IMG/VR virus record: IMGVR_UViG_3300037311_000179
Source of the DNA: a virus
Length of the DNA stretch: 64,000 nucleotides
Strand: one strand, 5' to 3'
Both the position numbers and the translations under genes were made by a program. Position 1 is the stretch's first letter. Every line of letters begins with the position of its first letter. Below the pieces are notes generated by a model that worked only from the letters and a program-made list of their open reading frames with translations, was not told the origin of the DNA and ran no database searches. Of this stretch, positions 9,338 to 19,016 are shown piece after piece.

Positions 9338-9888
9338 TCGCCTTCGCTGATCGAGAGAATCCAGCTTGGATGCCAGAGGAGATCGAGCGCCTTCGGGTCA
9401 TGTTCGAGAGCGGTGTCCCCGAGCGTGAGTACGAGCGTTTCTTTCCGGGCCGATCGAAGGGAGCGATCAAGGAAGCAGCGCTGCGCTTCGGCTTCGTTCG
9501 CGGGGCAGCGCTCGACGACGCCTACATCTCTCTCGACGAGGCGGAGCGGCGGGCTCGCGCTGCGCGCAAGACGATGCTCAGCATCATCGAGTACGCGAAC
9601 CGATTCGGGGCAGGCGTACGGCGGCGCGGCAGCCCCCCGCGGATCGTCTTTCACCAACAGGATCTCTCCGCGGCGATCGACCTGTGGAACGCAGGCGTGA
9701 CGCTCCGCGAGCTGAGCTTCGAGGTCGGCGTCCCCTACTCCACGCTGCAAAGCCGCCTTCAGAAACTTCCGATCGCCTTCCGCAGCGACGTGAAGCCATC
9801 CCACCGCCGCATGTCGGTCGACCAATGGCTCGACCTGTTCGAGCGCGGCGATCCGGGCTACATGCACAGCGCCTTCGAATCACAGTAG
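9334..9888 (+). CDS. Myb/HTH-like DNA-binding protein
   Basis: ATGA overlap with upstream gene; WMPEEIERLR..FPGRSKGAIKE and TLRELSFEVGVPYSTLQSRL HTH-like segments. Confidence 0.55.
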   Translation: MIAFADRENPAWMPEEIERLRVMFESGVPEREYERFFPGRSKGAIKEAALRFGFVRGAALDDAYISLDEAERRARAARKTMLSIIEYANRFGAGVRRRGSPPRIVFHQQDLSAAIDLWNAGVTLRELSFEVGVPYSTLQSRLQKLPIAFRSDVKPSHRRMSVDQWLDLFERGDPGYMHSAFESQ

Positions 9889-10536
9889 CGAGATCAGCAC
9901 GCTTCGAGCTTCGCTGACCTTCTTGAAGAGCTCCTCGTTGCCGGTCTCTTTGTTGTCGGGGTGATACCGAAACGCAGCCCGCCGGAACGCGGACTCGATC
10001 TCTTCCCGCGTCGCAGGCCATCCGATCTCCAGGAGATCGAGCGCGTTTCGCAGTGCGCTTTGGCTGTCGCGAGCCAGCGTTGGGCGTCCGAAGATCGCGA
10101 AGAATTCGTTGACGAGATTGAACACGGACGAAGCCACGTTCACTGCCTTGCGAACTTGCTCCGGCCCTGAGAGGCCGAGACGAAACAGCATCTCCTCGTT
10201 GCCGTCGTAGCGACCCCCCTCTCGCTGGATGCCGAGCGGCACGTTCGTCAGCCTGTCTCCGATGCCATCCCACGCCGAGCAGTACGACCCGAGCTCGCAG
10301 CGCTGGCAGATGCCCCAGCTCTCTCCCGTGAGCTCGCCGATGTAGACCTCCCCTCCCAGGTGAGACGTGATCAGGATGCGTGAATCGACACGCGAGAATT
10401 TCTCCTCGGAGATGTCTTGCGGATCGGGCAGGGACGGGCCTTTCGACAGGAAAATCCAGTATTTCTCACGGTCAATCAGCTTCACTGCGCCCACCGCTGG
10501 CAAGACGTGGGCCCTTTTCGCTCCGCGCGAAGACAT
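9880..10536 (-). CDS. protein with C-terminal DnaJ (J) domain
   Basis: ALDLLEIGWPATREEIESAFRRAAFRYHPDNKETGNEELFKKVSEA with HPD motif. Confidence 0.8.
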   Translation of the reverse strand: MSSRGAKRAHVLPAVGAVKLIDREKYWIFLSKGPSLPDPQDISEEKFSRVDSRILITSHLGGEVYIGELTGESWGICQRCELGSYCSAWDGIGDRLTNVPLGIQREGGRYDGNEEMLFRLGLSGPEQVRKAVNVASSVFNLVNEFFAIFGRPTLARDSQSALRNALDLLEIGWPATREEIESAFRRAAFRYHPDNKETGNEELFKKVSEARSVLISLL

Positions 10537-10561
10537 GATTTAGTCTATCCTACGGACCGCG

Positions 10562-10807
10562 ATGCCACGCAAGATCGAAGCGATCGTCTATCGTCCTGCG
10601 ACCGAAGAAGAGATCAGCAAAAGCCCGACGGACGGCTTTGTCACCGAGTCAAATGGGCTTATGTGGAAGATCACGAAGAAGAACCTGAAGCAGCCAATGA
10701 TTCAGATCTTCTGGTTCGCCGGACCAGAGCCAGTGACCCTCACAGACTGCATCGATGCGACCGAGCTTGGCAATCGAGTCCTCACGTTCATGTTCACCAA
10801 GCAGTAG
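10562..10807 (+). CDS. hypothetical protein
   Basis: 81 aa ORF fitting between neighbours. Confidence 0.5.
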   Translation: MPRKIEAIVYRPATEEEISKSPTDGFVTESNGLMWKITKKNLKQPMIQIFWFAGPEPVTLTDCIDATELGNRVLTFMFTKQ

Positions 10808-10818
10808 GAGAGAATTCG

Positions 10819-11028
10819 ATGAAGACAGTAGCAATCGTCACGATGAAAGGTTGCCATCCCTGCGGCGTCCTGAAAACGTTTCTTCGGAAGAACGGCATCC
10901 AGTTTCAGGAGTTCGACCACGAAGAGAAGAAAGCTCTCGCTCGGAAAGGGGTTCCCGTTCTGATCGTCAATGGAGTTTCTTGCGTCGGGGGGGACGAACG
11001 AGATTGGCGCAAGCTCCTCGGGATCTGA
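10819..11028 (+). CDS. glutaredoxin/NrdH-like redoxin
   Basis: AGGAG SD; VTMKGCHPCGVLKTFL..GIQFQEFD..GVPVLIVNG (CxxC thioredoxin fold). Confidence 0.8.
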   Translation: MKTVAIVTMKGCHPCGVLKTFLRKNGIQFQEFDHEEKKALARKGVPVLIVNGVSCVGGDERDWRKLLGI

Positions 11029-13188
11029 TCAGACGACGTTCGTGCTGACGATCGGCTCGATCAAGTAGTAGATGGAAGGTCCAGGGAAGATCGCAGGTTT
11101 GTTGTCTCCTGCCTGCGATCCGCTCTGGATTCCGGTGTACAGGGGAAAACTTCGCATCTGGATTCCTGGGCTGTACCTGCTCGCGAAGTTCGGAATGGGC
11201 GCACCGTCCTGGTAGAGCGTCCCGGTTGTCTCGTAGAACGTGATGAACCAGTTTTCGAATCCGTTGATCAGAGCGGGCGTCGTGAATCTTCCTTCGTAGA
11301 CCCCGATTCCGTTGACGGCCACGTCAACCGTGGCGACCGCTACGGCGCTTCCTGTACGCCAGAGAGACACGCGGATCGTGTTGGGGAGTGCAGATCCCCA
11401 GTAGAATCTCCCGCCTTGGCAGTAGACGTTCGCCGCGCCAGACTTGGTGTCCTGTCTCGCGAAGAACAGCATTCCGGTTGTGTTGTTCCCGGCAATTGGA
11501 GCGGGGAGGGCGTCGTACTGAGCCATGGCCTCCGCGAGCCATCCGGGCTGAACGCTGCGTCGCTGAATGGACGTCACGATGTAAGACGTCGGCGGACTGA
11601 AGCTCTGATTCACCGTGAGCTGTACGGAGTCTCCGGGATACAGAATGATGTATTCATCATCCGTGTAAACCGGATTCACAGAGATGTCTGGCTGCTGATA
11701 TCCGATCCGAGATGCTGTTCCGCTGGGCAATCGAATCGCGAACGCCGACTGGTTCGCCGCAGGATTCCCATTGTTGTAGATGATGATCTCCTTCCCCTCG
11801 AACATGTCGGACGGGTCAATGAGAAGGAGCGATGCGAAATTTCGACCTGCGGCATTTGCCGTGTCAGGTTGCAGCGGCGTTCCAGCTTGGTAGTTAGCTG
11901 TCACCCAAATCACATCCGCAGATCCGTCGATCAGCGTTGCAGTTTGGCTCGCGATGCTTCCTCCGACCTCCACGTTGACGGTCAGCGAGATCATCTTGAG
12001 ACAGCGGCCGTCGCCCAGCCCCACGGCATCGACAGTGCCTCCACTGACGGGGTCGCATGGACGGACTGGCGTGGTTCCGTTCGTCAGAGGAAGGCTGAAG
12101 TTTGAGACTTCGATGATCCCAGTAGATCCTGGGTCGGCGTTGAAGATCGTCTCTGGGGTCCCGATGACGTTGGTCCCTGCGTACGCGATCCAGTCGATTC
12201 CAGATGCGCCCGTGATCCTCATGAGGTTCGCGGATACCACCGGGACGTAGACGCTCATCTCCGAGGTCATCATCGTTAGAAGCGATCCGCCGTCGACGAG
12301 GATCAGGTAGGGGTCGTCGTAGGTGATCTGCTGACCGCTCTTGATGACCATCTCGCACGTCAGCGTTCCGATGATGTTGATCTGGTTCGTGAACCTGATC
12401 ACCGTGTCGGCCCTGCTGACGTTCGCGCCGCTCACAATGGGAGCGGAAGTTGACGAAGATCCAGAAAACTCCAGGTAGAAGCTCCCATCTCCGCCGATGT
12501 CGAAGTTGTTGAAGTTCCCGGAGCAATCCAGGAATCGCAGTGCGAATCCATTCTGACCGCTGGCCGTCGGGAGCACCGAGCAGTTTTCGAACTGGCAGTT
12601 TTTGAATACGATCGACGTGTTGTCGGCTGCGGACAGGTCGAACGTGCAGTTCGTGAACTTGATGTCAGAGATGACGATGTTCCCCGTTCCTCCGTATGAG
12701 AAGAAATAGGAAACGAGCTCGACGGCACCAGCACCTCCGCCTCCGCCTTGCAGATGCACGTACGGCGTCAGCGGGATGAGCAGATCGGCCCCGACGTACC
12801 TCGCTGGCATGATCCAGACCATGCGCTGACTGTTCACGCCTGCCGCGCCGAGGGTCGTTCCCGTTCCGAGGGACGCCGCCAGGACGCCTTCCTGGGGCGT
12901 CAAGAAGGTGTTCGTTCCTGGACTGTTGAGCGCGTATCCAGCAGGAGCCACCGTGAACCGCTGATCTGGATCTCCCCCGCCCACCGCCGCCGTCTCCAGC
13001 TCCCATTTGAGCTGGTTGTTCGGAAGCGTGTCGTCAGCGACAACGCAGTAATATTCACCGTTGTCCAGGCGGCATCGAGTACCGAGCGTCGGAGACCCCG
13101 ACTGGTTGAGCGGCGGAAGGTTCGCAAAAACGTCCCGCTGGATGTGAACGACTCGGTTGTAGAAGGTCTTCTTCGGATCGAGGGGCAT
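11029..13188 (-). CDS. putative spike/receptor-binding protein (beta-helix, C-terminal DUF4082-like beta domain)
   Basis: 719 aa, beta-rich; ISDIKFTNCTFD..IVFKNCQFEN..LRFLDCSGN beta-helix repeats; C-terminal GMLF..GGRFY..RVSLWR..GVYEGRFTTP resembles DUF4082. Confidence 0.6.
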   Translation of the reverse strand: MPLDPKKTFYNRVVHIQRDVFANLPPLNQSGSPTLGTRCRLDNGEYYCVVADDTLPNNQLKWELETAAVGGGDPDQRFTVAPAGYALNSPGTNTFLTPQEGVLAASLGTGTTLGAAGVNSQRMVWIMPARYVGADLLIPLTPYVHLQGGGGGAGAVELVSYFFSYGGTGNIVISDIKFTNCTFDLSAADNTSIVFKNCQFENCSVLPTASGQNGFALRFLDCSGNFNNFDIGGDGSFYLEFSGSSSTSAPIVSGANVSRADTVIRFTNQINIIGTLTCEMVIKSGQQITYDDPYLILVDGGSLLTMMTSEMSVYVPVVSANLMRITGASGIDWIAYAGTNVIGTPETIFNADPGSTGIIEVSNFSLPLTNGTTPVRPCDPVSGGTVDAVGLGDGRCLKMISLTVNVEVGGSIASQTATLIDGSADVIWVTANYQAGTPLQPDTANAAGRNFASLLLIDPSDMFEGKEIIIYNNGNPAANQSAFAIRLPSGTASRIGYQQPDISVNPVYTDDEYIILYPGDSVQLTVNQSFSPPTSYIVTSIQRRSVQPGWLAEAMAQYDALPAPIAGNNTTGMLFFARQDTKSGAANVYCQGGRFYWGSALPNTIRVSLWRTGSAVAVATVDVAVNGIGVYEGRFTTPALINGFENWFITFYETTGTLYQDGAPIPNFASRYSPGIQMRSFPLYTGIQSGSQAGDNKPAIFPGPSIYYLIEPIVSTNVV

Positions 13189-13282
13189 GCGCTGAACGTA
13201 TCATGGACAACCTGCCGATCGTGAAAACCGTCTGGTTGTCCCACCGCTCGTCGCGATGCCCGCAATCCGCGATCAGATCGTT

Positions 13283-13531
13283 TCAGCCGAGCCGGAGAGG
13301 CGTGCTGGCCGGACGTGTGAAGTACCACGCCGCCCCGCCCACCGCGAGCACCAGCCCGAACCCCAGGGCGTACTTGAGCACGTCCGTCTGGGTCACGCTT
13401 TTCGCCCTGCTTGCAGCGCCTCCAACGCGAGCGACGGATCGCTCTGCGGTGCTGATGGTTGACTCTCCCTTGGAGAAAAGATCCCCAACGCTGGGGTTTT
13501 GCCTGAGCTTCCGTGACCTCTTTCGCGCCAT
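13283..13531 (-). CDS. small basic membrane protein with RQNP motif
   Basis: MARKRSRKLRQNP..., C-terminal helix YALGFGLVLAVGGAAWYF. Confidence 0.65.
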   Translation of the reverse strand: MARKRSRKLRQNPSVGDLFSKGESTISTAERSVARVGGAASRAKSVTQTDVLKYALGFGLVLAVGGAAWYFTRPASTPLRLG

Positions 13532-13545
13532 GAACGAAGCGTAGT

Positions 13546-14679
13546 TCAGGGATCTTCGACCCCGGCAATGATCATGGCTCGGTACACGATGAAGATGCTC
13601 ATCGCCGTGTCGGAGACCTGGACGATGTTGTCCGGGTTCTCTTCGAGCGACTTGATGGACGCGCTCAGCGCTGCCGCCATGACGTTGATGGCTTGATTCT
13701 TGTCGATGTCGGCGAGCATCGCGTATCCGTTTGCGCCCTTTATGATCGACTCCATCCGCTCGGGGACGACCTGCCCGACTGCGCTCGCGACGCATTCGAC
13801 GACCGTCTTCTTCTCGACCTTGGGCTTCGGTTCGCCGCTCTTTTCGATCTCCCTGGCGAACTCTTCGGTCATGTTCGCGTCGATGTATTTCCCATCGGGG
13901 AGTAGAATCTTCATGTTCCCGGTCTCCGGGTCGTAGACTCTCGTCTTGCCGATCTTCTTTCGGATCGACTCCCGAATCTTGTCGGCGTCGTTTGTAGAAT
14001 CTTCTTTCGACATGCTTCTTGCCTCTGCTTTCAGACAACCAAAAACGTTCTTCGTGTTCGCGCCTCGAATCGCGAACACTCCCATAGAATCCAGCGTCTT
14101 GTAAACGGTCTGTCGGCACACGGGCCGATTTCGACGCAGCACAACCAGTGGACCATTTGTCACTGGGCAGGCGTCAATCCACCTGCTTATAGCCTCGGCA
14201 CACACCCCGCGGATCATGAAAATCGACCCTCGTCTTCCTGGGTCACAGAGATACGAGATGCCGTCGATCTCTTTCCGCGGCGCAAGATCCCGCACCTGCA
14301 ACGTCGCCATCCTGGCCGGGGTGACGCCGGAAGCGAACAAAGCCAAGATCACCGCCTTCATCGTCGGCGGGCGGCTCCTCGACCGAATCATCGCCTCGAT
14401 TTTGGATCGCTGCTCTTCGCCGAGCGTTTCCGTGATCACTCTGGGCGTCCTTCGCAGGACGATGGACCCTCCAACGTCTTTCGGATTGATCCCAAGCTCG
14501 AACGCTTTTGCCCGAAGAGCAGACCGATACTGAGCTCGCGTGCTCTCGGTGACTTCTGAGAGAAATCCCGCCACGCTTTCGTTCGATCGCAGGGACTTCC
14601 TTGGATGCAGAGATCGCCCGTGACACCACTGCGACCATCGCTGCCAGATGGCAGCGTATTTCTTCGCTCGATCGCTCAC
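13546..14679 (-). CDS. degenerate tyrosine-recombinase-fold protein, in frame with an unrelated C-terminal domain
   Basis: WQRWSQWC..VAGFL..STRAQYRSALR (core-binding like), KAVILALFASGVTPARMATLQVRDL (box I without Arg); no HxxR/Tyr; MSKEDST could be a separate start near 14012. Confidence 0.5.
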   Translation of the reverse strand: MSDRAKKYAAIWQRWSQWCHGRSLHPRKSLRSNESVAGFLSEVTESTRAQYRSALRAKAFELGINPKDVGGSIVLRRTPRVITETLGEEQRSKIEAMIRSRSRPPTMKAVILALFASGVTPARMATLQVRDLAPRKEIDGISYLCDPGRRGSIFMIRGVCAEAISRWIDACPVTNGPLVVLRRNRPVCRQTVYKTLDSMGVFAIRGANTKNVFGCLKAEARSMSKEDSTNDADKIRESIRKKIGKTRVYDPETGNMKILLPDGKYIDANMTEEFAREIEKSGEPKPKVEKKTVVECVASAVGQVVPERMESIIKGANGYAMLADIDKNQAINVMAAALSASIKSLEENPDNIVQVSDTAMSIFIVYRAMIIAGVEDP

Positions 14680-14742
14680 GCCTGATAGGTACCATGATAT
14701 TTCGAAGATTCAACGACTGAGGGGTGGTCCCAGATACCCCAT

Positions 14743-15195
14743 CTAGACGATGAACCTGTCGATCTCGTAGTACCTTGGTTCCTTCTGCGTATCAGGATCG
14801 AAGAACCGTAGCTCCTCGGCCTGCCATACGAAAAGTTTCCCCATCGCGAAAAGAACCTCATCTACGACATCGCCGCGTGGGTGGTACTTCATCGCGTACT
14901 TCGAATACTCCTTGAATGCGTGCGCCGCTGCATTCGAATACCACTCTTGGCACAGCAGTAGTTCGCGATACGGAGTGAGGATCTGCGTGATGATCGATTC
15001 GTGTACAGGACGTCCCAACCACTCGACCATTTCATGTGGCAAAAGACCTTGCGTTTCGTTTTTGAAAGCAAAAGAAATACCGAAGTCAAATGAGAAGAAA
15101 GACGGTCGAATTGCCTCCATCCTACAACGTAGACAAATCTTCCCGTGCGGATTCATGTGCGGGAATGCCATCTCTGTGAATTCCCCAGGCGTCAT
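14743..15195 (-). CDS. hypothetical protein
   Basis: ATGA overlap with upstream gene; CxxC near N-terminus. Confidence 0.55.
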   Translation of the reverse strand: MTPGEFTEMAFPHMNPHGKICLRCRMEAIRPSFFSFDFGISFAFKNETQGLLPHEMVEWLGRPVHESIITQILTPYRELLLCQEWYSNAAAHAFKEYSKYAMKYHPRGDVVDEVLFAMGKLFVWQAEELRFFDPDTQKEPRYYEIDRFIV

Positions 15196-15749
15196 GCTGG
15201 TCCCTGATCCCTCCACACGCCCATGGGAGACCGTTCGATGAACACTCGGATCTCGTATGGGATCGGCTCTCCGCACAGAATGCAGCAGTTGTAGAGGCGC
15301 ATTTTGTCCCCATCCCGGTACGCGAGACGTCGTTTCTTCGATACCCCAGCGTCGCGTTTTTTCTGGATGGAGCTCTTGTAGAACTCCACGTACTTACGAG
15401 CCTCTTCGATCTCGAATTGCGTGGACCAGTCCACGGCCTTGACCGTTTCTTTGGTGTACCGTTCGAGGTTCAGTCGGCAGATGGGGCGGGGACGCGAGAA
15501 CCCTTGCAGCCATTTCTGCACGGTGTTCATGTTCAGCCCAAGCCCCTCGGCGAGCGTCTTGATCGTGATGTTCTCCCGGTACATCCAGAGCTTCAGGTTG
15601 AGGATCGCGTCGACGAGACGGTCCGCGGCCCGCGCCGCCTCTCGCTTGTCCCGCGAGTGCAGCAGCCTGAAATTCGACTTTCTGACGTTCTCGACGATCT
15701 TCGCGCGAGAAATGTGCTTGCCGTTGGACGGATCAGACTTGGAGTGCAT
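15192..15749 (-). CDS. XRE-like helix-turn-helix protein
   Basis: MYRENITIKTLAEGLGLNMNTVQKWLQGFSRP. Confidence 0.65.
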   Translation of the reverse strand: MHSKSDPSNGKHISRAKIVENVRKSNFRLLHSRDKREAARAADRLVDAILNLKLWMYRENITIKTLAEGLGLNMNTVQKWLQGFSRPRPICRLNLERYTKETVKAVDWSTQFEIEEARKYVEFYKSSIQKKRDAGVSKKRRLAYRDGDKMRLYNCCILCGEPIPYEIRVFIERSPMGVWRDQGPA

Positions 15750-15781
15750 GCTGTTCAGTAGTATGCACAGCGGAGGCGAGC

Positions 15782-16756
15782 ATGTCCCTCGTAACCCCTG
15801 AGTATCAGTACCGATGCGAGGTTTGCGGGCATCGTCCTCGCCGCTGGAGTACGACCTGTATGGTGTGCAAGAAGAAGCACACCTACCGGGTCCAGGGGCT
15901 TCAGGTCAAGCCGCTCGGATCTCGCATCTCCATCATCGGAGAGACCGAGATCCCGCCGGAAGATCGCATCGACTCTCAGGTTCCGGTGTGGCAGAAGCTC
16001 ACCGATGGCGGCCACACATTCGGAACGGTCATCCTTCTGGCGGCTGGAGAAGGCACGGGGAAGTCCACGCTTTTGCTCGAAGTGGCCATCAAGTCGGTCG
16101 TGCCGAAGTCGCTGTACGTCACCGGCGAAGAGCAAGACATCCGAGTTGCTTCTCGTGCGAAGCGGCTTGGATTGTGGGATTTCAATCGAGAGACGAAGCG
16201 CTGCCGCGTTCTGCACACGGACGTCACGGAAGAGATCCTCGAAGCGGCAGATCGTGAGAACGCCAAGCTGATCATCGTCGATTCTGCGCAGGCTTTCACG
16301 AGCCGGTACTCCGCCAGAGGGAAGGCTGGTTCCGTTTCGGAAGTGAAACGCCTCGCCCTCAAGATCGTGGAGCACGCGCGCAAGTCCAATGCGGCTTGGG
16401 TGATCATCGGGCAGCTCACGCAGGACGGAAAAGTCGCTGGCCCTCGGAAGATGCCTCACTGGGTAGACGGCGTGGGTCTGATGAAGAAAAACGAAAAGAC
16501 CGGCCTCCGCAAAATCGGATTCACTAAGTGGCGCGATGGCCAGACGCACGTCTGGTACAACATGGTGATGACCTCGAAGGGCATTTTCGAGGTCGACGAT
16601 CCGCGTGTACAGACCGCCGTCAAAGAGGGTGAGAAGACGGCCGTGCAGCAGGCGATTGAGTTTGCCGAGAAGCAGAAGAAGAACACCAGCAAGAGCCGCA
16701 AGGATCAGCCCTTGACGATGCTCAAACTCCCGTCGGATACAGCAACTTCGGGGTGA
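15782..16756 (+). CDS. radA: RadA/Sms-like recombination ATPase (no Lon-like C-terminal domain)
   Basis: C4 zinc finger YRCEVCG..WSTTCMVC, Walker A AAGEGTGKSTLLLE, LYVTGEE, IIVDSAQ, AGSVSEVK, IIGQLTQDGKVAGPRKMPHWVD. Confidence 0.85.
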   Translation: MSLVTPEYQYRCEVCGHRPRRWSTTCMVCKKKHTYRVQGLQVKPLGSRISIIGETEIPPEDRIDSQVPVWQKLTDGGHTFGTVILLAAGEGTGKSTLLLEVAIKSVVPKSLYVTGEEQDIRVASRAKRLGLWDFNRETKRCRVLHTDVTEEILEAADRENAKLIIVDSAQAFTSRYSARGKAGSVSEVKRLALKIVEHARKSNAAWVIIGQLTQDGKVAGPRKMPHWVDGVGLMKKNEKTGLRKIGFTKWRDGQTHVWYNMVMTSKGIFEVDDPRVQTAVKEGEKTAVQQAIEFAEKQKKNTSKSRKDQPLTMLKLPSDTATSG

Positions 16757-16844
16757 AACTTGACCGACGGGGGGATGGCTCGTGCAGATTCGTGATACAC
16801 GGATCGTCAGCGGGTTGCTGACACACGCAGTCAAGGAGACTGTC

Positions 16845-17504
16845 ATGGCAACGAAGAAGAAGAGCAAGCCACGCATCGCCATCATCGACACGCCCGATGG
16901 GCAGCGTCGAGTCACGTTTCGCACCGCGCGAGAGCTCGCGCTGCGACTCCCGCCGACCGCCACCCGCGCCATCGTTGGCCGCGAGGTCACGCGCAAGGTC
17001 GTTCGTCCGTCCCCCAGCGAGTACATGGTGGTGACGGACATGCCGAGCCCCGAGCGCCGCAAGGCGGGCGAGGGCGTCTCCGTCGAGGGGTTCTACCGGG
17101 ACTACGACGGCCAGACGCGGAAGATCGAAGGCACGTTCTCGACGCAGCTCATCGGCGCGTCGATCCGCGGAGGTCGCGGCATGCAGGGCTTGGGCAAGTC
17201 GCGACGCTCGAAGTCGCTCAGCCGGTCCCGAGCTCTCGAAATCTTCGGCGGCGCTCCCAGCAAGGCTGGCATTCCAACGATGTACGGAGCGCCGAGCTAC
17301 AAGCGCGAGAGCGTGAAGAAGCTCGCGCCCAAGCGCGCTGGCGCGGCCGGAGCGCTGTCGATGCGCCAGAACCCCGAGTACCTGTCGGACTCGATGGACC
17401 TTCCGATGTCGCGGGTGAACCCGGCGCACAGCATGGGCGCGAGCCGCGGGCGTCGCGGTGGCGGCCGTGGTCGCAAGGGTGGCTTCCCCTTCCGCAAGTT
17501 CTGA
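16845..17504 (+). CDS. highly basic putative core/DNA-binding virion protein
   Basis: AAGGAG SD; K/R-rich; MRQNPE motif; strongly C/G-ending codons. Confidence 0.6.
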   Translation: MATKKKSKPRIAIIDTPDGQRRVTFRTARELALRLPPTATRAIVGREVTRKVVRPSPSEYMVVTDMPSPERRKAGEGVSVEGFYRDYDGQTRKIEGTFSTQLIGASIRGGRGMQGLGKSRRSKSLSRSRALEIFGGAPSKAGIPTMYGAPSYKRESVKKLAPKRAGAAGALSMRQNPEYLSDSMDLPMSRVNPAHSMGASRGRRGGGRGRKGGFPFRKF

Positions 17505-17590
17505 GCAGTCGGCGCTGACTCAGCGCAGCGCCACGCTCCTCTCCCCTTCGACCCTCTCCAGAACCCAACACCATTTTCAGGCAGGTTGCC

Positions 17591-18058
17591 ATGAAGTTCA
17601 TGTACGAGCTCACCAACGGAAAGATCGTCACGCGCAAGGTGCGCGGAAGCGGTCGCGAGGCGGCGATGCGCGCTGCCGCGAAGGCTCCCCAGGGCACGCG
17701 CCTGATCGCGAAGGCTCGCAAGGGCCGCGAGGTCGTCGGGACGAAAGTCACCGACAGCTTCCGTCGCGTCGCGAGCCCCACGAAGGGCATCGTCTGCATC
17801 CTCTCCGAGAAGACGGGCAAGACGACGTGCGTCGATCGCTCCGCGGAGCGCAAGGCGAAGCGCTACGACAGGTTCGTGAAGGAAGGGATCATCCCCACCG
17901 GACAGTACACGCCCGTCAGCAAGCGTCCTGCCGCCCTGGGAGCGCCTCGCGGGAACCCCGAGTACCTCTCTCGCGGGAATCCCGAGTACATGACCATCGA
18001 TCCGCGGGAGAACCCCCCGCGCCGTCGTCGTGGTCGTCGTCCGTCGAGCTGGCGCTGA
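17591..18058 (+). CDS. highly basic putative core/DNA-binding virion protein
   Basis: K/R-rich; RGNPEY, RGNPEY, RENPP motifs; Arg-rich C-terminus. Confidence 0.6.
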   Translation: MKFMYELTNGKIVTRKVRGSGREAAMRAAAKAPQGTRLIAKARKGREVVGTKVTDSFRRVASPTKGIVCILSEKTGKTTCVDRSAERKAKRYDRFVKEGIIPTGQYTPVSKRPAALGAPRGNPEYLSRGNPEYMTIDPRENPPRRRRGRRPSSWR

Positions 18059-18317
18059 TCGCCAGCGATCCTCGCGAACCAGAGCGCCTCCGGGAAGTGA
18101 TTTCCGGGGGCGCTTCGCATTTGTGAGCCATGAAATCTGAGATTCCCCACGAACTGCACGACGACCTCGAAGCTGTCCTTCAGAATGACGCTCAGCGCCC
18201 ATCAGATGACGAGATCTCCGTCAGATGGGACCCTGACGATCACGGCTTCTGTCGGGCCTTCCTCGACCATCAGATCGCAGCAGTCGACTCGCGGTAGTCG
18301 TTGTAGCATCGAGGTCC

Positions 18318-19013
18318 ATGCGCGATGCGATGCACTGGACGTACAAGCTGATTCCGCAGCGATCATTCGATGCGTACGTACGCCGAGGAACGCTCGACGA
18401 GGTCATGTGCGCACTCATCGTTGATCCAGATGAGGCATACGACGCTGCCCAGGAGTACGGCACGAGGAATACTCCGCACTCCCTTTCTGCGTTCTCGGAT
18501 CTCCGGGGGATGAATGGCGTAGAGATGGCCCTTCGTACGGTATCCGAATGGACAATGCAGCAGGAAGATGCGGAGAGAACCGTATGGCAAATCGTCGACT
18601 GGGATCGCCGCGTTGGGGTCTGGTGCGTATGCCAGTTGGCTCGGACTGCACTCAAATACATTCCGCAGGAAGAGAGTCGACCACGACTCGCAATCGAGGC
18701 TGCTGAAAAATGGCTGATCGGAACGGCTGACACGGCAGATGTTCGATCTGCTGCTGCCGCCGCGTCCACCTACGCCGCCGATTTCGCATACTCTCGCGTA
18801 GGATTATTTCCAACTGACGAGACGGATGTTATTACCAGTGCAGCGTACGCCGCAGTGGACGCTGCCACTACTGCTGCCGACTATGCATCGGCCCGATCTC
18901 CTACCTACGCCGCATCCAGCCTCGTCTACACAGCTCGGAGTCACGGCTACGCCACCAGCATCGACTATCTTCGATCGGTGATCCACGACGCATGTCTGAC
19001 GTTTCCGAGGTAG
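18318..19013 (+). CDS. Imm5-like domain paralog family protein
   Basis: GAGG SD; WDRRVGVWCVCQ, EESRPRLAIEAAEKW, ACLTFPR. Confidence 0.75.
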   Translation: MRDAMHWTYKLIPQRSFDAYVRRGTLDEVMCALIVDPDEAYDAAQEYGTRNTPHSLSAFSDLRGMNGVEMALRTVSEWTMQQEDAERTVWQIVDWDRRVGVWCVCQLARTALKYIPQEESRPRLAIEAAEKWLIGTADTADVRSAAAAASTYAADFAYSRVGLFPTDETDVITSAAYAAVDAATTAADYASARSPTYAASSLVYTARSHGYATSIDYLRSVIHDACLTFPR

Positions 19014-19016
19014 CCG

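Noticed and set aside
13546-14679. Functional integrase and att site
   Set aside because: Catalytic residues absent and no att-like repeat or adjacent tRNA recognised.
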